From: the human T2T-CHM13v2.0 reference genome, Homo sapiens
Assembly: GCF_009914755.1 (NCBI RefSeq)
Contig: NC_060934.1
Strand: one strand, 5' to 3'
Length of the DNA: 64,000 nt
Below the pieces are notes generated by a model. That model was not told where the DNA came from. It did no database searches and saw only the letters and a list, made by a program, of their open reading frames with translations. This document shows, in pieces, positions 14,821-29,138 of the stretch. Within the stretch, counting starts at the first letter, position 1. Each line of letters begins with the position of its first letter. Position numbers and translations under genes: made by a program.

Positions 14821-15001
14821 TATATGTTTATATGTTAACATTCAGGGGCAATGTATATCTTTAATTTCAATGGACTGGCAAAAGTAGTTTGAATTTCTCA
14901 TATGAAAAAGATATTATGTATCAGATATAGTGGATATTATGATCAATATAAGACCCTAGCTTTCAAACGTTCTCAACTAAGTTTGGTAATTAAGACATAA
15001 G

Positions 15002-16330
15002 TATCGGGGGAAATTCAGCCAGATATCGGGTGAAATTCACCCCCGATATTTCATGTAGGTACTTTTATATTTTCCCTAAGTGTTGGCCGGTCTGAGAAAT
15101 AAAGGGACAGAGTACAAAAGGAGAAATTTTAAAGCTGGGTGTCCGGGGGAGACATCACATGTCGGCAGGTTCCGTGATGCTCCCCAAGCCATAAAACCAG
15201 CAAGTTTTTATTAGTGATTTTCAAAAGGGGAGGGAGTGTACGAATAGGGTGTGGGCCACAGAGATCACATGCTTCAGAAGGTAATAGAATATCACAAGGC
15301 AAATGGAGGCAGGGTGAGATCACAGGACCACAGGACCACAGGACGGGGGCGAAATTAAAATTGCTAATGAAGTTTCGGGCACGCATTGTCATTGAAAACA
15401 TCGTATCAGGAAACAGGGTTTGAGAGCAGACAACTAGTCTAACCAAAATTTATTAGGTGGGAATTTCCTCATCCTAATAAGCCTGGGAGTGCTACGGGAG
15501 ACTGGAGCTTATTTCATCCCTGCAGCTGCAACCTTAGAAGACGGCCGCCCCTGAAGCGGCCATTTCAGAGGCCTACCTTCAGGGACGCATTCTCTTTCAG
15601 GGATGTTCCTTGCTGAGGAAAACAATGAGAACCTGTGGACACAGGAAGGGGAGCATCACACACCGGGGCCTGTTGTGGGGTGGGGGAAGAGGGGAGGGAT
15701 AGCATTAGGAGATATACCTAATGTTAAATGATGAGTTAATGGGTGCAACACACCAACATGGCACATGTAACAAACTTGCACATTGTGCACATGTACCCTA
15801 AAACTTAAAGTATAATAATAAAAAAAAAAGAATTCAGTGATATTTCTTTTTGCTTTTGAAAGATATTTGCTTTTGAAAGAAGAGAAATATGGCTGTGTTC
15901 CGCCCGGCTCACCAGCAGTCAGAGTTTAAGGTTATCTCTCTTGTTCCCTGAACATTGCTGTTATCCTGTTCTTTTCTCAAGGCGCCCAGATGTCATATTG
16001 TTCAAACACACATGCTCTACAATTTGTGCAGTTAATGCAGTCATCACAGGGTCCTGAGGCGACATACATCCTCCTCAGCTTACGAAGATGACAGGATTAA
16101 GAGATTAAAGACAGGCATAGGAAATCACAAGGGTATTGACTGGGGAGGTGATAAGTGTCCATGAAATCTTCACAATTTATGTTCAGAGATGGCAGTAAAG
16201 ACAGGTGTAAGAAATTATAAAAGTATTAATTTGGGGAACTAATAAGTGTCCATGAAATCTTCACAATTCACATTCTTCTGCCATGGCTTCAGCCGGTCCC
16301 TCTGTTCGGGGTCCCTGACTTCCCGCAACA
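15002..16330 (-). mobile_element. MER11 (HERV-K11/HML-8) solo LTR interrupted by an L1 fragment
   Basis: Right end reverse-complements to TGTTGCGGGAAGTCAGGGACCCCGAAC (MER11 start); 6-bp TSD CATAAG at 14996-15001 and 16331-16336; ~1.1 kb once the insert is removed. Confidence 0.9.
15620..15829 (+). mobile_element. 5'-truncated L1PA 3' end nested in MER11
   Basis: aacaatgagaac...ggacacaggaagggg...gtaccctaaaacttaaagtataataataaaaaaaaaa. Confidence 0.93.
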
Positions 16331-16394
16331 CATAAGTACATGAGATTTTACATAAAAGAGACAAAAATTAAAGTAAGATGTATTCACAGCAATA

Positions 16395-16699
16395 CAGTAG
16401 CCCCCCTTCTCCAAGACCTTTAGTGGATGCCTGAAATCAAGGATAATACCAAACCCTATATATACTATGTTTTCTCCTGTATATACATACCTATGATAAA
16501 GTTTAAGTTACAAATTAGACACCATGGAAATTAACAACTAGTAATGAAATACAACAATTATAAGAATATAGTATAATAAAAGTTATATTAATGTGATCTT
16601 TTCCTCTCTTTCTTAAAATATCTTATTGTACTGTACTCACCTATTTTCAGACCATAGTTAACCATGGATAACTGAAACCTCCTAAAAGGAGCGACTATG
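16395..16699. mobile_element. MER44/Tigger7-like TcMar fossil
   Basis: ta|cagtagccccccttc start; gtggatgcctgaaa...aaccctatatatactatg core. Confidence 0.7.
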
Positions 16700-16884
16700 G
16701 TAGCAATGCTTTATCAGAATGTGCTCTGGATAGTAATTTCTGGGTCTTAGAAAATTATTGGGCTGTGTAAGAGTACGTAGGGAAGACAGAAAATTATTCC
16801 AGTCAAGGAAGACAGTATGAGTGAACAAAGTCTAATTAACACAATGCTTGCTAAATTAGATATTTTAGACATGACCTATTTCTA

Positions 16885-17495
16885 GTGCAACTGGGTGTCC
16901 CCAAGAAGATACTCGGGTTCCATGATTCACTAGAAAGACTCGCAGAACTCAGAAAAGCTGTTATACTCAAGGTTGCCACAGGAAAAAGAGATGAGTTAAA
17001 ATCAGCAAAGGTGAAATGCACGTAGAGTGGAATCCAGGAGAGACCAGTGCAAGTTGCCAGTTGTCTTCTCCCAGTGGAATTGCACAGATGATACTTAATT
17101 TCCCCAATAACAATGTGCAATAATACACAACAAGTACTGCTAATCAAGGAAGCTCACCCAAGCTTGGTCTCCAGGGTTTTTATTAAGGGTTCATTCATCA
17201 GGATAGAATGCCCTTGTGACTAATCTTATCTTCCAGTCGTCAGCTCTCCCCAGGGTCAAACTGTTACAGCATGGCCCAGGGTCCCAAGTAAATGAAGTCA
17301 CATATTCACAATAAATCAAATTGTCAGCATAAACTATCTGCATGGCTCAAGACCCGAGGTAGACACTCTTAATAGGCAGGATAGTCCAGGAGTTTAGAGG
17401 TTACTTCTCAAGAGCAAGTCAAGGGCCAGTCTTTTTTTTGGAACATGCAGGGTCTGAAAACCCCACAACTGCCAAGTTAACATTTTACTGCACAA
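16885..17495. mobile_element. MER21-like LTR
   Basis: gattcactagaaagactcgcagaactcagaaaagctgttatactc and ggaagctcacccaagcttgg motifs. Confidence 0.7.
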
Positions 17496-17957
17496 AAGGG
17501 AAAGAGTTTGTGTGATGGTGGGTCTTGAATGAATGAGTAAAATGAATGAATGAATGAACCTGAAATCATGAAATACAATATTTGCAAAAAAAGTGTGTAT
17601 TTATTTGTTTTAATGATGAGAAAAAAAATACAAGGTAAAAGAAAATCCACTTCATAGAAGAGCGATTGGTCTTATCTTTGTGCAGGGATCTAGGTATTCC
17701 GTACAGTGCAGTTTGCTTTAACAGTGATTTGGTTGCCATGTGCGATCCTAACAGTGACATCCTAAGGAATGAGTGATTATTTAGCAACCCTCTAAATATT
17801 TCCCTGCTTCTCCAGTTGCGAGTTCTATAGAAGAGTTAATGTTATGCTAAACTGAAAATGTGAGAATGAACTACCTACTAATCTTTTACTTTTAATTTCT
17901 GTCCACCACCCTGCACCCTATCCTTCCTTTTCTGAACTGCATTGTGGTCTTCTTTGA

Positions 17958-18077
<120 letters not shown>

Positions 18078-18144
18078 TAACTGTTAATAATTTTTATTCA
18101 AAATTTATGCCCTAAAACTTAATGAAAGGAGAAGAATCCTTCTA

Positions 18145-18269
18145 TAAGCCCAATGTCTGCAAATATTAGGGGTTCGATAACAGCTGGCTATTTTTGTTAA
18201 ATTAGATAACATTTTCATTACATTGTAGCAACTTGCTACAACCCCTAATAGATGCAGACATGGGGCTTA
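18145..18269. repeat. 125-nt inverted repeat (30-bp arms, 27/30 complementary), family not recognised
   Basis: taagcccaatgtctgcaaatattaggggtt (18145-18174) vs aacccctaatagatgcagacatggggctta (18240-18269). Confidence 0.9.
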
Positions 18270-19249
18270 ACTATTTATATGTATTATCTCATTTCATTGT
18301 CATATTCATTCTATGAAGAACAGTGCCTGCACTGTCACTAACCCCATATTACCAAGGAGAGAAAGGGGAGGAGTGAGGGGAGCTTGTGGGGAGGGGTGAA
18401 GTGTGGGTTCTTGGAGAGTCAGGTAAATGGCTAGGGAATAGTAGGGCCAGGATTGGAATCTGTAGAGGAGTTCTCTTAAATGCTTGCTATTTTTCTAGGA
18501 TGTACGAAACCATTGTTCCTCTTTGTAATTCAAACAGCAAGACCAGTGGTATTGTGGAGGGTGGAAGACTGCAGCAAATTGATGTGCTGTAATAAATGAG
18601 AAATTGTATAACATTAGTTGGCATAGAGAGATGGTATAATGTTAACTCTGAGGGAAACATGATAGAGACAAGGATGCAGTGAAGTCGTGTAAGCAATTGG
18701 ATACCAGAAACAATTTTAACCCGTTTAAAAGCTTTGCAGTGACTCGCATTTATACTATCATTTCAAGATCATATAAAGATATCCTATAAAGTTTATGAAG
18801 AAAAGCATTTACTTCTTCTCCCTTCGTTAAGTTTTGGGGTATCAATTTTGAATTAAAACTGCTAACAATTACAAAAGTTTAGCAAAGCAAGCCATGCCAA
18901 AATGCTGTTTTAAAAACTATTTGTTCAGTGGTTACTTAGAGACTTTTTAAAAATTCATTTTTGGGGGGCATGTTTCATAAAGATCTTGAGCAATACATTT
19001 TTAAAAACATTCTTGAACTTTAAATGCAGTATTGCCAGTGTAGCTATAACCAACCTTTTGGCATTTCATTTAGGGAATGACAGCAGTGTGTGCTCATCCG
19101 TCTCACCTCACTTATCTAATAACGTAGTTCCAAAGAGTATCTATTGACAAAGCCATAGTTGTGTTTTGAGACAATCATTTCTTTCATATAATCAGTTACC
19201 TCAATATAAAATGTTGAAAATGAATATCTCCATATGTGTAAAGATTGAG

Positions 19250-20900
19250 AATGTAATTCAGATGTATATTTTTTCTCCCAAATTTGGTTTATCTTTTCAT
19301 TTTCTCTATGATTTTATTTCACTAACATTAATTATCAATTTAATCTGTCAAATGTATGAATCTTTTATTTTTATGATGAGTTTTATATGCCTGTGCATCT
19401 TCTTTTAGAAGAATTTTCCTACCAAATTCCATCTAGGTGTTATTTTTGTGTATTTTTTTCTGAATATTTTAAAGCTTTGTCTTACACGTCAAAATCTATT
19501 CCATTTGGAATTGGTTTTTATGTATTATATAAGGTAGAGATTCAGTTTTGTGGGGTTTTTTTTCTTGATGGATAGCCAAATTTCAAGCACCATTTGTTAA
19601 CTAATCCTTTCTTTTGGCAATATCTTGCAAAGTCACCTGTTTTATGTATATTTTCTGGGCTCTCCTCTTCTAAAGCTCTGTCAGTACTTAGATCAGTGTC
19701 CCACTGTATTAATTACTATTGTTTTATAAGAAATCTTACTATATACAGGACAAATCTCCTTACTTTTTCTTCTTCACAAGTGTTTGGGTATTTTAGGGCT
19801 TTTGTCCTTCATATAAATATTAAACTCACCTTGTCGAGATCTGTAATCCATCTATCAATACATCTTACTAACATTTTATTGGAAATACATTAAATTATGA
19901 ATTAGATCACATTTCCTAATTACAGAGGCTTTTAAAATTTACCTTTTTTACTATTGACTTCTAGACTAATTGAGTCATCATCAGAGAACATGTTATGATC
20001 TTTAAAGTTGATTGGAAATTTTTCATGAACAAGTACATGGGCATTTTGTACAAAGGGTCTATGTGTGTTCAAGAAAAATGTGTGTTTTCCTGTTGGTTGG
20101 GTGTCAAGCTTGATAAATGTACTCTTCAGCTATACTTCTCCACTCTCTTTATTTTCACCTTCTGACTTCTTTGAAAGCTTGCCATTTTCATCTTTTCCTC
20201 ATATTTTTAAACCTCTATTATATGTAATCTCTTTCCTTATTACTCTGTGCTGTATTTGGAGCAATTTCTTCAGATGTATTTACCGGTTTATTAACTCTCC
20301 CTTCATCTTGTTTAATATTCTATGTAATCTACTCACTGAAGTAGAAATTCCAACAAACATTTTTCATATCTAAAATTAAATTTGACACTTATTACATCTG
20401 CCAAGTATTTTATAGTTTCATGTGAGCCGTTCATTTCTCAATTTTATCTTTTATGATTTTAAATATTCCATGTATGATTTTTGTATATTCCATATTGGAT
20501 GATCCCATTATCTAAAATTTTGGTGATCTAAATAGTGTGGTCATTGTTTTTGCTGATTCTTTCTCAGACAGCTATTTTTTTTTCTTTTTTAGTGTATATT
20601 TGTCTGATCCTATTCTAAGACCTAAATAGGTGATGTTTTCCCCCAAAGAAGATTTGATGATGGGATCCTCAGGATTTTCAGGCTACCATAAGTCTCTGCC
20701 CTAATGTGAGGAGGAGAAGTTCAGATTTTTCTCCCCTGTCTACTACTGCTGCAAGGCTTGTTCTCTTTAGAGCGATATTGATTTTGGATTTTTTTCCTCA
20801 GGGCAAATTCTGCTTTTTTAACTTCCCTTAATGTATACAGCTCCTACTGTCTTTATAGCACATAGCTTTTGCTTTGTTTTATTTTTTGAGTGGGGAGGGG
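19250..20900 (-). mobile_element. Highly diverged L1M fragments
   Basis: T-rich sequence with ggatagccaaatttcaagcaccatttgtt and ttaattactattgttttataag motifs. Confidence 0.55.
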
Positions 20901-21149
20901 AATAAACAATGGAAAGGCACCATTGGGATATTCTTTACCTCCTGCAAATCCTAAGGCTTTAAAATTCAAGTTTTATTCAGAATCTACTTGTTTTGTTATA
21001 GGAGGGCTATTTAGTTCCTTAGTCTGCCGTTACTGCCAAAAGCAATCTGAGCCTAGGATTTTACCTTAAACGTAGGGTGTTTACTGAACATTATTAGATC
21101 CTGTTTACGGAATACTAGGTCCTGTTCATTGACAGTAGAAACACAAAGA

Positions 21150-21800
21150 GAGAATAATATATGGCAAGTTCCATTCTATACTCCTTGAGTTTGAGATGTG
21201 TGTGACATTCACATGCAGACACCTGGTCAATAGATGACTTTTTGGGCCTGAAATCCAAAAGAGGAATGTGGAGTGGAAATATAGATTTATGAATAATCAA
21301 CATAAAGATGTTCATTGCAGTCATGGGTGTAGAAGAGATTGCAAAAGATAATGCATAGAATGAAGTGACAGAGCAAGAATGATCCATAAGAACCACCCCA
21401 ACACTTAAGGAATTGACATAAATAAAAGGAAATTGAGATGGAGTTGTGAGGGAGGTGTCAGAACATTGAGGAGAGGGTGTGTCACAGAAACCAAGACAGG
21501 GGAGTGGACATCTGCACCATAGGCTGATGAGGTGTCAGTAGGACACAAGATGTTGGATATTTAGCTAAGGAGATATTTAGAAACATTGGTACGAGAAATT
21601 TCAACTCAGTTGGATTAGGTAAGAGCAAGATTGTCATAAAAGGGAAAGCTGGGAGTCTGAGAAGACCAAGGCAGACTGATCTCTCTGGAAATATGACTGC
21701 GTATGAATGGAGGGAAAGCAGTATAATGTCAGGATGCATTGGGGAGAAGAGGGAGGCAGTCCCTGTTCTGGGACTGCCTCCCTTTGCAAACTGAAATTTG
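21150..21800. mobile_element. L2 relic
   Basis: Purine-rich; ttgagtttgagatg...ggaaatatagattt...aatcaacataaagatg typical of L2. Confidence 0.55.
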
Positions 21801-23711
21801 GGTTTGCAAAATAAGATTAGGCATGCTTGTGTACCTTTAAGTGTTGTTGATAAGAAGCCAGCAGAGAATTAGGGGTGGCAAATATTGTAGAGAAAGGACT
21901 ATGATCACCTAAGCAAATTCACAATACCTGTGAAGGTGGGCTGAGTTGAGCTAGGACATAGGTAGAAATAGGTTGAAAGGATGGCTATAAGGAAAGGTCC
22001 CCATCCATTATCACAGAAGGAAAGAATAGGTCAGCCCAGAGTCAAGTAAGTATGCTGATTCACTAAGAAATTTAAAGAAATCTTGCTGATCATGCCTATT
22101 TATCAAGGAAATGGAAGGTGAACCCAAGGAATAAAACCAGGAGAATCATGATGGGATTGCAGTTTTAGGTAAAGTGGAGAGAGCTTGAAATTCATACTGA
22201 GCATAATGGGAGAGGTGATTAGCAAGACACAGCAATGCTGCCAAGTGGTATGCACGGCCCTGCTAAGGATGCAGGAGATGTTTGTGGAGCCCCCATGGCG
22301 GGTCTGTGTGATTATTCTCCAGCTGTGCCTGGCTTTGGAGCAGGCAGGGAAAAGGCAGATCTTTTCTTTAAAGGTGTTGTAGAAAAAAAAACTAAAAAAA
22401 AATAAAAATAAAAAAATAGAGCAAGATGCTTGAAGCTACTGAAATGAGTGGTTGAAGTAATGGGGGAAAAAGAAACTTAAAAACAAAATCATTTTCTTAG
22501 GCTTTCTAAGTAGTCAAAGAATAAGAAGAATTGGAGTTCACAGGTACAGGGATAGATGGAAAAAGGATAACTGAGCTTATGATTTCAGATCTAAAACATT
22601 TTCCACTACAGATATAGTCCAGGGTGTGGGGATGACAACTAAAGTGGTATCTGAAAGGAAATAATTAGATTAATGGGGCTCAGAGGTGCAGGAACTGGAA
22701 TTTGGGGAATTAAATGAGACCCTAGTATGTTTAGACTTGAAGTGGAGAATAAACCTGTTTCATATCCTATTAATGAAAAGGAGGCTGTCTCAGGAAGTCT
22801 GCATTAACAAGGGGAAAGGCACCTAGCGCTCCACTAATGATGAGAGAAGTTTAAGAATGATATTTATTTAACAATAATTTTAAAATGTGGGATGAGAACC
22901 ACTCATGTCCAGAATAGTTATTTTCTACTCAAGGCCCACCTGAGAGAGGGAGTCCACTGCGGCACAAAAGGTGGATAGAAACACCAACTTCTAAGCTATA
23001 AAAGTTTGGATGTTGGAGGTTGTTACCAGTGAAGGTTGTAGGATTTGTTTTCACAAATTAAAAATAAAAAATTCACTATGTCTCATTTCCTGATGTTTTC
23101 AATATAGCTCTGCTAAGGAGGAAAATAGGCTGAGTGATTACAAGAGTTCTGTTCAATCCTTTGCTTATGTGGTTTTGAATATTTCATAAAGGAAAACAAA
23201 ATTTTAGACATTCATTCAACTTGTGACAGATGATTTTTGAAACAATGAAGTAGTATGGGGAAGTTAGCAAATATTTCGGATTTAGCATTGTCAGTTTGAT
23301 ACGAAAGGAATGCACTTTTTCTCCACAAACCTGAGTATGTTTTAAACCTTATCTTTATGCACCTGTTTTTATTCTAGTATAAATTTTCCCTTTTGACAGT
23401 GTGTCTTTTATAAATATACCAATGTAAAATTTAGGGCAAGGTAAACAGTAATATGAAAGCTTAACAGCAGTAAATGATGAAACCTAAATATCTAAAAAGG
23501 GAAATGCCTTGTTCCATCCATCTTTTTCTCTTTCCTATTTTATAAACTTCATAAATTAGCAAAATCATTAATATAGTCTTGTACAAAAGTAATTTATTCC
23601 TTGTCTTGATATGAGAGGCTTTTGTGCTTTACAGCCCAGCTTCTTTGATGTAAGTTCTAAAAATAGATTTGTGATCACTCCATTTGTTTTCCTTTTCTTT
23701 TCTCTTACTAG

Positions 23712-23915
<204 letters not shown>

Positions 23916-25351
23916 TGAAGGAAGGAAAAATCACTGTGTTGACATGTACTGGAATAGCTCCTACTCTCTAGGTCTCTCTAAAGTTATTCTTTGGCAAACT
24001 GGATTTCTAAGGGATTTCCAAAGGGGAAAAAGACAAAATTATTATGAACTAAAAGTAAATGCTGGGATTCTTTTAAGGCACTGTGCCTTTTTTTAAGACA
24101 TAGCTTTTACCATTGATTCTGGCTTCTTGTCCTCTCCTTCCTAGAAAAGAAATACAGATTTCTTCCTGTGTGGCTAAATTTTGTACTAAGCAAATCCAAC
24201 TTCACAATCACAGGTTAGAAAGGCAAAATGCATATAAAATGTCCGTTGATTCTGGATTCTGAACAATAAATAATTCTATTAATATATAATTCTAATGTTT
24301 TCCAGAATGCAGTCAATAAAATATATTGGTCTATAACCTATACAGAAACACTGTATGTGTCATAGAAATTGTCCTTGAAAACAACTATTTCCTCTTCTAA
24401 GGTAGGCAGAAATACTAGAGAGTGTTAATGCTTGGGCACAGCTCAGGAGGAAGAAAGTGTATTACCCAACATACGATAATTTTCTATTCTGAATGATACC
24501 ACCAGGAGGGAGAGGGCAGAAACATAAGACTGGCCACGAATCAGGTTTGAGGGGGATAAATGGGTCTTACTTGTTTATTGTTATAAGCCTCACTTTCTTT
24601 GGCTTGAATAAAAAATTAAATATGGAACTTTTAATTGGAATTTAATTTGATATTATAAGGTGAACTGGAATAAAGTGGGGTGGAAAGCAGCTGCTAAGTG
24701 CATTTTACTGCTTTTAAAAGCAACATTATCTTTTAATCCATATTATTTTGGATTATTATATTAAAGTCCACGAAAATATTCCTATAATTTAAACCCTACC
24801 CTTTAGAGTGAAACATAACCAGTAAAATAAAAAAGCATATCCTACATTTTGTTCAGTCAGGATAAGATCTCTTTATATAGAATTTTGGTCATCTTTTCTA
24901 GCAATGGGTAAACATTTAACTTTTGGAGTTAAATTTGTAAATATTGACAAATCTTAACTGTCACAATGAATTTGGATTTTCCTTGATCTTGATTTTTTAA
25001 AATGAATAAATAAGGTCATAACTATAGGTTCTAATTACAATAAGTGATTTTAGAGAATTAAAAATAGCTGTATTTTAACTTTTAATTATTACTGCTTACT
25101 TTTCTTGTAGAACTTAAGGATCATTCAAGATGTTACCAAAATCTTGACATTACAATCTCTGTAGGAAATTTTAGAACTACATCATGTAAAGCAAGGACTT
25201 GCTCTCATTGCACTAGAAATTACCACAATAAATTATCAAAATCTAGTCATGTTCCGACCAAGGCAGTTAGTAGACAATTACTAGTCATAAGATTTATGCT
25301 CCTTTGAAATCAATCCTTTTCTGTTATAGTAACTTTGAATTTCTCTTCCAG

Positions 25352-25390
25352 ATGATACCAAGATAGCACTACATCTAAAAGATAATGGAG
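25352..25390 (+). CDS. PLXDC2: PLXDC2 39-nt coding exon (~exon 12): DDTKIALHLKDNG
   Basis: Acceptor ttctcttccag|AT and donor GAG|gtagga; phase 1 to 1, in frame with both neighbours. Confidence 0.93.
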
Positions 25391-27123
25391 GTAGGAATTG
25401 ATACTTTTCTTTCATAAACATCTTTTAAATATGAATTCATTTCATTTATTTTACTATGAGAAAGGCAATACGGGCTTCTAGATAAAAGGTGAGGTTGTGT
25501 TTTATTCTCCGTTGGGATTTAACATGGGAAGGAGTCAGTGGGTTGGCTTGAAAGTGAAATGAAATCCTCACCCTTGTGTTTGTGTATAAAACTGTGACAC
25601 CAATTCCCAATGATAAAGTGGAAAATTCAACCACACATCTTGCTATTCTTTGTTGGTCTAGTCTTTGTTGTATTATAGTGGTGTGTAGTTATCTACACAG
25701 CTACAGGTATTGGGTTCAATTGTGTTTCACTAAATTGTCTCCTTGGTCAGCACCTTCTATGCATAAAATTAGAAATACAGCAAGTATGAAAATATATTGT
25801 CCTAGGTCTTTTTATCAGCTCTATGAAGCAAAGAACAAAACTTAGATATCTGAAAGAATATCTTGTTGGTAACATACTTAAAGGTTTTCCAAGACAATTT
25901 AGAAATATCTATAATGGTACTGGAAAATTTGAGGGAAAAAAGTTTTACTGAAAAAATATTGTGAACGATATTGGCTATGTTTTTAGAAATAGATCTTTTT
26001 CCTTTTAAACTATGTTGGCTCATGTATGCTGGGTCTTAATAAAAGAGATTTTCATTAGTAATTGTTTATTCAGCTCAGGGAAAGGGTGTCCTCTTCTTGG
26101 CAGCATCTTTATGTAAATGTGAGCACATTGTGACTTTGATCTAGGCATGGTTTTGCCTTTAAAGCCCTAGATGATTTCTTGAGTAAGTCAAAATCCAATA
26201 TACACATGTTAAGCATGTTTTTCTCTATAATGGTAGAGAATAGTTTCAAAACCCCTCAGCTTAGGTTAAGTAGCTAGTACTTCCATGCCTTTTTAGGACA
26301 TTGTTTATATCTATATTTGTCTTTAGAGTTTATATCAATCCATCTGAAAGAGAGAACAGTTAGCCTGTTCATAAATACCATTATTGTATCAATTTCCCAT
26401 TGTGTTGCATCATTTTGTAGTGTTTTATTTCATTCATTTCTTATTCATCATTGTATTAATGCAGTAAGTGAATAGTTTTAGAAATGATCATCTGCAAAAT
26501 ATATACTAACTAGAAATATATTAAAATCTTAGGGCATAAAGGGACTTTAGCAATCCTTCAATTAAGAATTTCCCAGAGGAGGATGTTAGTAGCATATGGA
26601 CATAAGCCCTATGTTGGGGTTACCTCATTTTGAGGGAAGAGATGGGGTATAAAGTTAATGGAATGGGGGAAGAGTCCCCAAGAGACTTCTCTTTTACTTG
26701 TTACCTTTAAATCTTAATATGGGTGGTCATTATATGTATATTTATTAGATTTTTTTCTATGCTTTCTCTCTCCTTCCTTTCTTTCCTTCCTTCCCTTCCT
26801 TTCCTTCTTTCTTTATTTTGTTTATCTAAAATATTCTATCCTGCTAATAGGAAAAAACAAACAAAGGATTCTTGTGATCGAATAAGTGTGAGAGACTCTG
26901 GAAAAAAAAGTTAAAGAAATTTCCCTGCTGGAAAACTGATAATTCATTCATTCATTGATTTCTGCTCAATGCTTGCTAATTGCCAAGCATTGTTGCTGGC
27001 TTGGGGCTACAGAAGTGAACAAGGCTTAGACAAATCTCTGCTTTGAGAGAACATGCATCCTGAGTAATCTTCAAGACGGTTATGAAGAATTCATACTGGC
27101 ATGTCTCCACTCCTTGCTCTTAA

Positions 27124-27444
<321 letters not shown>

Positions 27445-28229
27445 TGAGTAGTATGTCATGCACTTAATGTTTTATGGAATATACTTTGATAAAGAGTTTT
27501 CTAGAACATTACCATTTATCCCAATGAAAATACTTAGTTTTGTTTGAGCCATCAAAGAATCATAAAACTTCGAAGATTTTCTTAAAGCAGTGCCTTATGA
27601 TGCTAAGAAATTGTTAAGTAAATCCTACGATTTAAGCATAGGATTTTTGGTATACTAGAGAGTCAACTGTTGGATTCTCAGATGATATTTACATAATTGA
27701 TATGCAGCAGGCATTCATGAGAATTCCAAAATATCACAATTAGACTTCAGACTCTTCTTATATCTATGGTTGTTAACAAAGCACTTTTCCTGAAAACATT
27801 CAAGTGCAGTTAGAACAGACCAGCCTGAGTAGTGTTAAGATAAACGGTTCTTCAAAAGGGTACTTAAGGGAAATCACACATTGCTTTTTATAGCATCCTG
27901 ACTAAGTTAGTGTGCTATTGTTTTTTATTTTATGGAATGTGGAGATGCAGGAAGGATTACCAATTTAAATCTAACTTCATTATTTAATTAAGCATATTGA
28001 AAACATTTCAGAATTGTCCTTTCACTCCAATTTAATAAACATTTCTGCAAGATTGAGGTAATAATGAATAAGTGTGCCTAATTTAATATTTTCTGACATT
28101 TACTGAGGTTGATTTTTAAAAACATGCAAGCTAATACATTTTTGTAAATTTCTCTGTATTGTTGCAAAGAATTTCAGCACATTTGATTTCTTGATTTAAT
28201 TTATTTAATTGGACCGCTGTTTTTTAAAA

Positions 28230-28350
28230 TAAGTTTTATTATGTATATTTGAGGTTTACAACATGAATTTATGGGACTACATATAGAAAATACCATTGTT
28301 ACAGTAATAAAGCAGATTGACAGGTCTGTCATCTCACATAGTTACTTTTT
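28230..28350 (-). mobile_element. L1MA 3' end fragment
   Basis: ttttattatgtatatttgaggtttacaacatg...catctcacatagttac. Confidence 0.7.
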
Positions 28351-28996
28351 GGTGACTAATTGGCTGTTCTTAAAAGCATTTTTATTTAGGGGCCTGTACT
28401 TTTCTGGAAAAAGGGTGACATTTTTCAAAGTAGTCAGTAAGTAGCTAGAAACAAATGACTGCCTTTCCCTACATTGTCTTTCTTGGTTATTGCATTACTT
28501 TCTCTCTGAGTGTTTCTGGGTCGTTTCCATGGGTTAAAATAGTTGATTTTCTTAATGGGATCCACTGCTGACATGATTATACATGCAGTTTCCAGGAGAT
28601 TTTTCTTTCATCTTTGATATGTAAGCATTAAATACTTCTGAGCAGCTGGACACCTAAGTCACACAACAGGGTTTCTCATTGAGAGGACCCAGAGTTACAA
28701 TCTGCTAAGTCACTCTTGATGAATCTTCAATTGTGCAGTGAGTTTCCTGATACATTTATATTAGGTCCAGTTAGAGCCTCTTAAAGTTTCAGGATAGTTG
28801 TTTGATTGGAGAAGTTTTATTAGTCTTCAGGGTTGAGTGGAAATTCTAAGCTCTCTAAATAATCTGGAAAAAGGAACATGAAAAATTGAAACAAAAGAGA
28901 AAGATACCTAATAAATTCAGGTCTCTTTCGTAAGATAGAGCTTTGATTGACCATTGAAATGGCTGGTTCTAAAAACGCAGATGATCCATTGCAGAG

Positions 28997-29138
28997 CCAG
29001 GTGTGGTGGCATGGGCCTGTAGTCCCAGCTACTCAGGAGGCTGAGGCAGGAGGATTGTATGAGCCCAGGAGCTCAAGGCCAAACTGGGCAACATAGCAAG
29101 ACCCTGTCCTTAAAAAAAAATTAAATAAAAAAATTAAA
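28997..29138 (+). mobile_element. FLAM-type Alu monomer
   Basis: Single ~115-bp arm plus A-rich tail. Confidence 0.85.

Noticed and set aside
16145-16270. Direct repeat ataagtgtccatgaaatcttcacaatt
   Set aside because: Believed to be an intrinsic internal repeat of the MER11 LTR.
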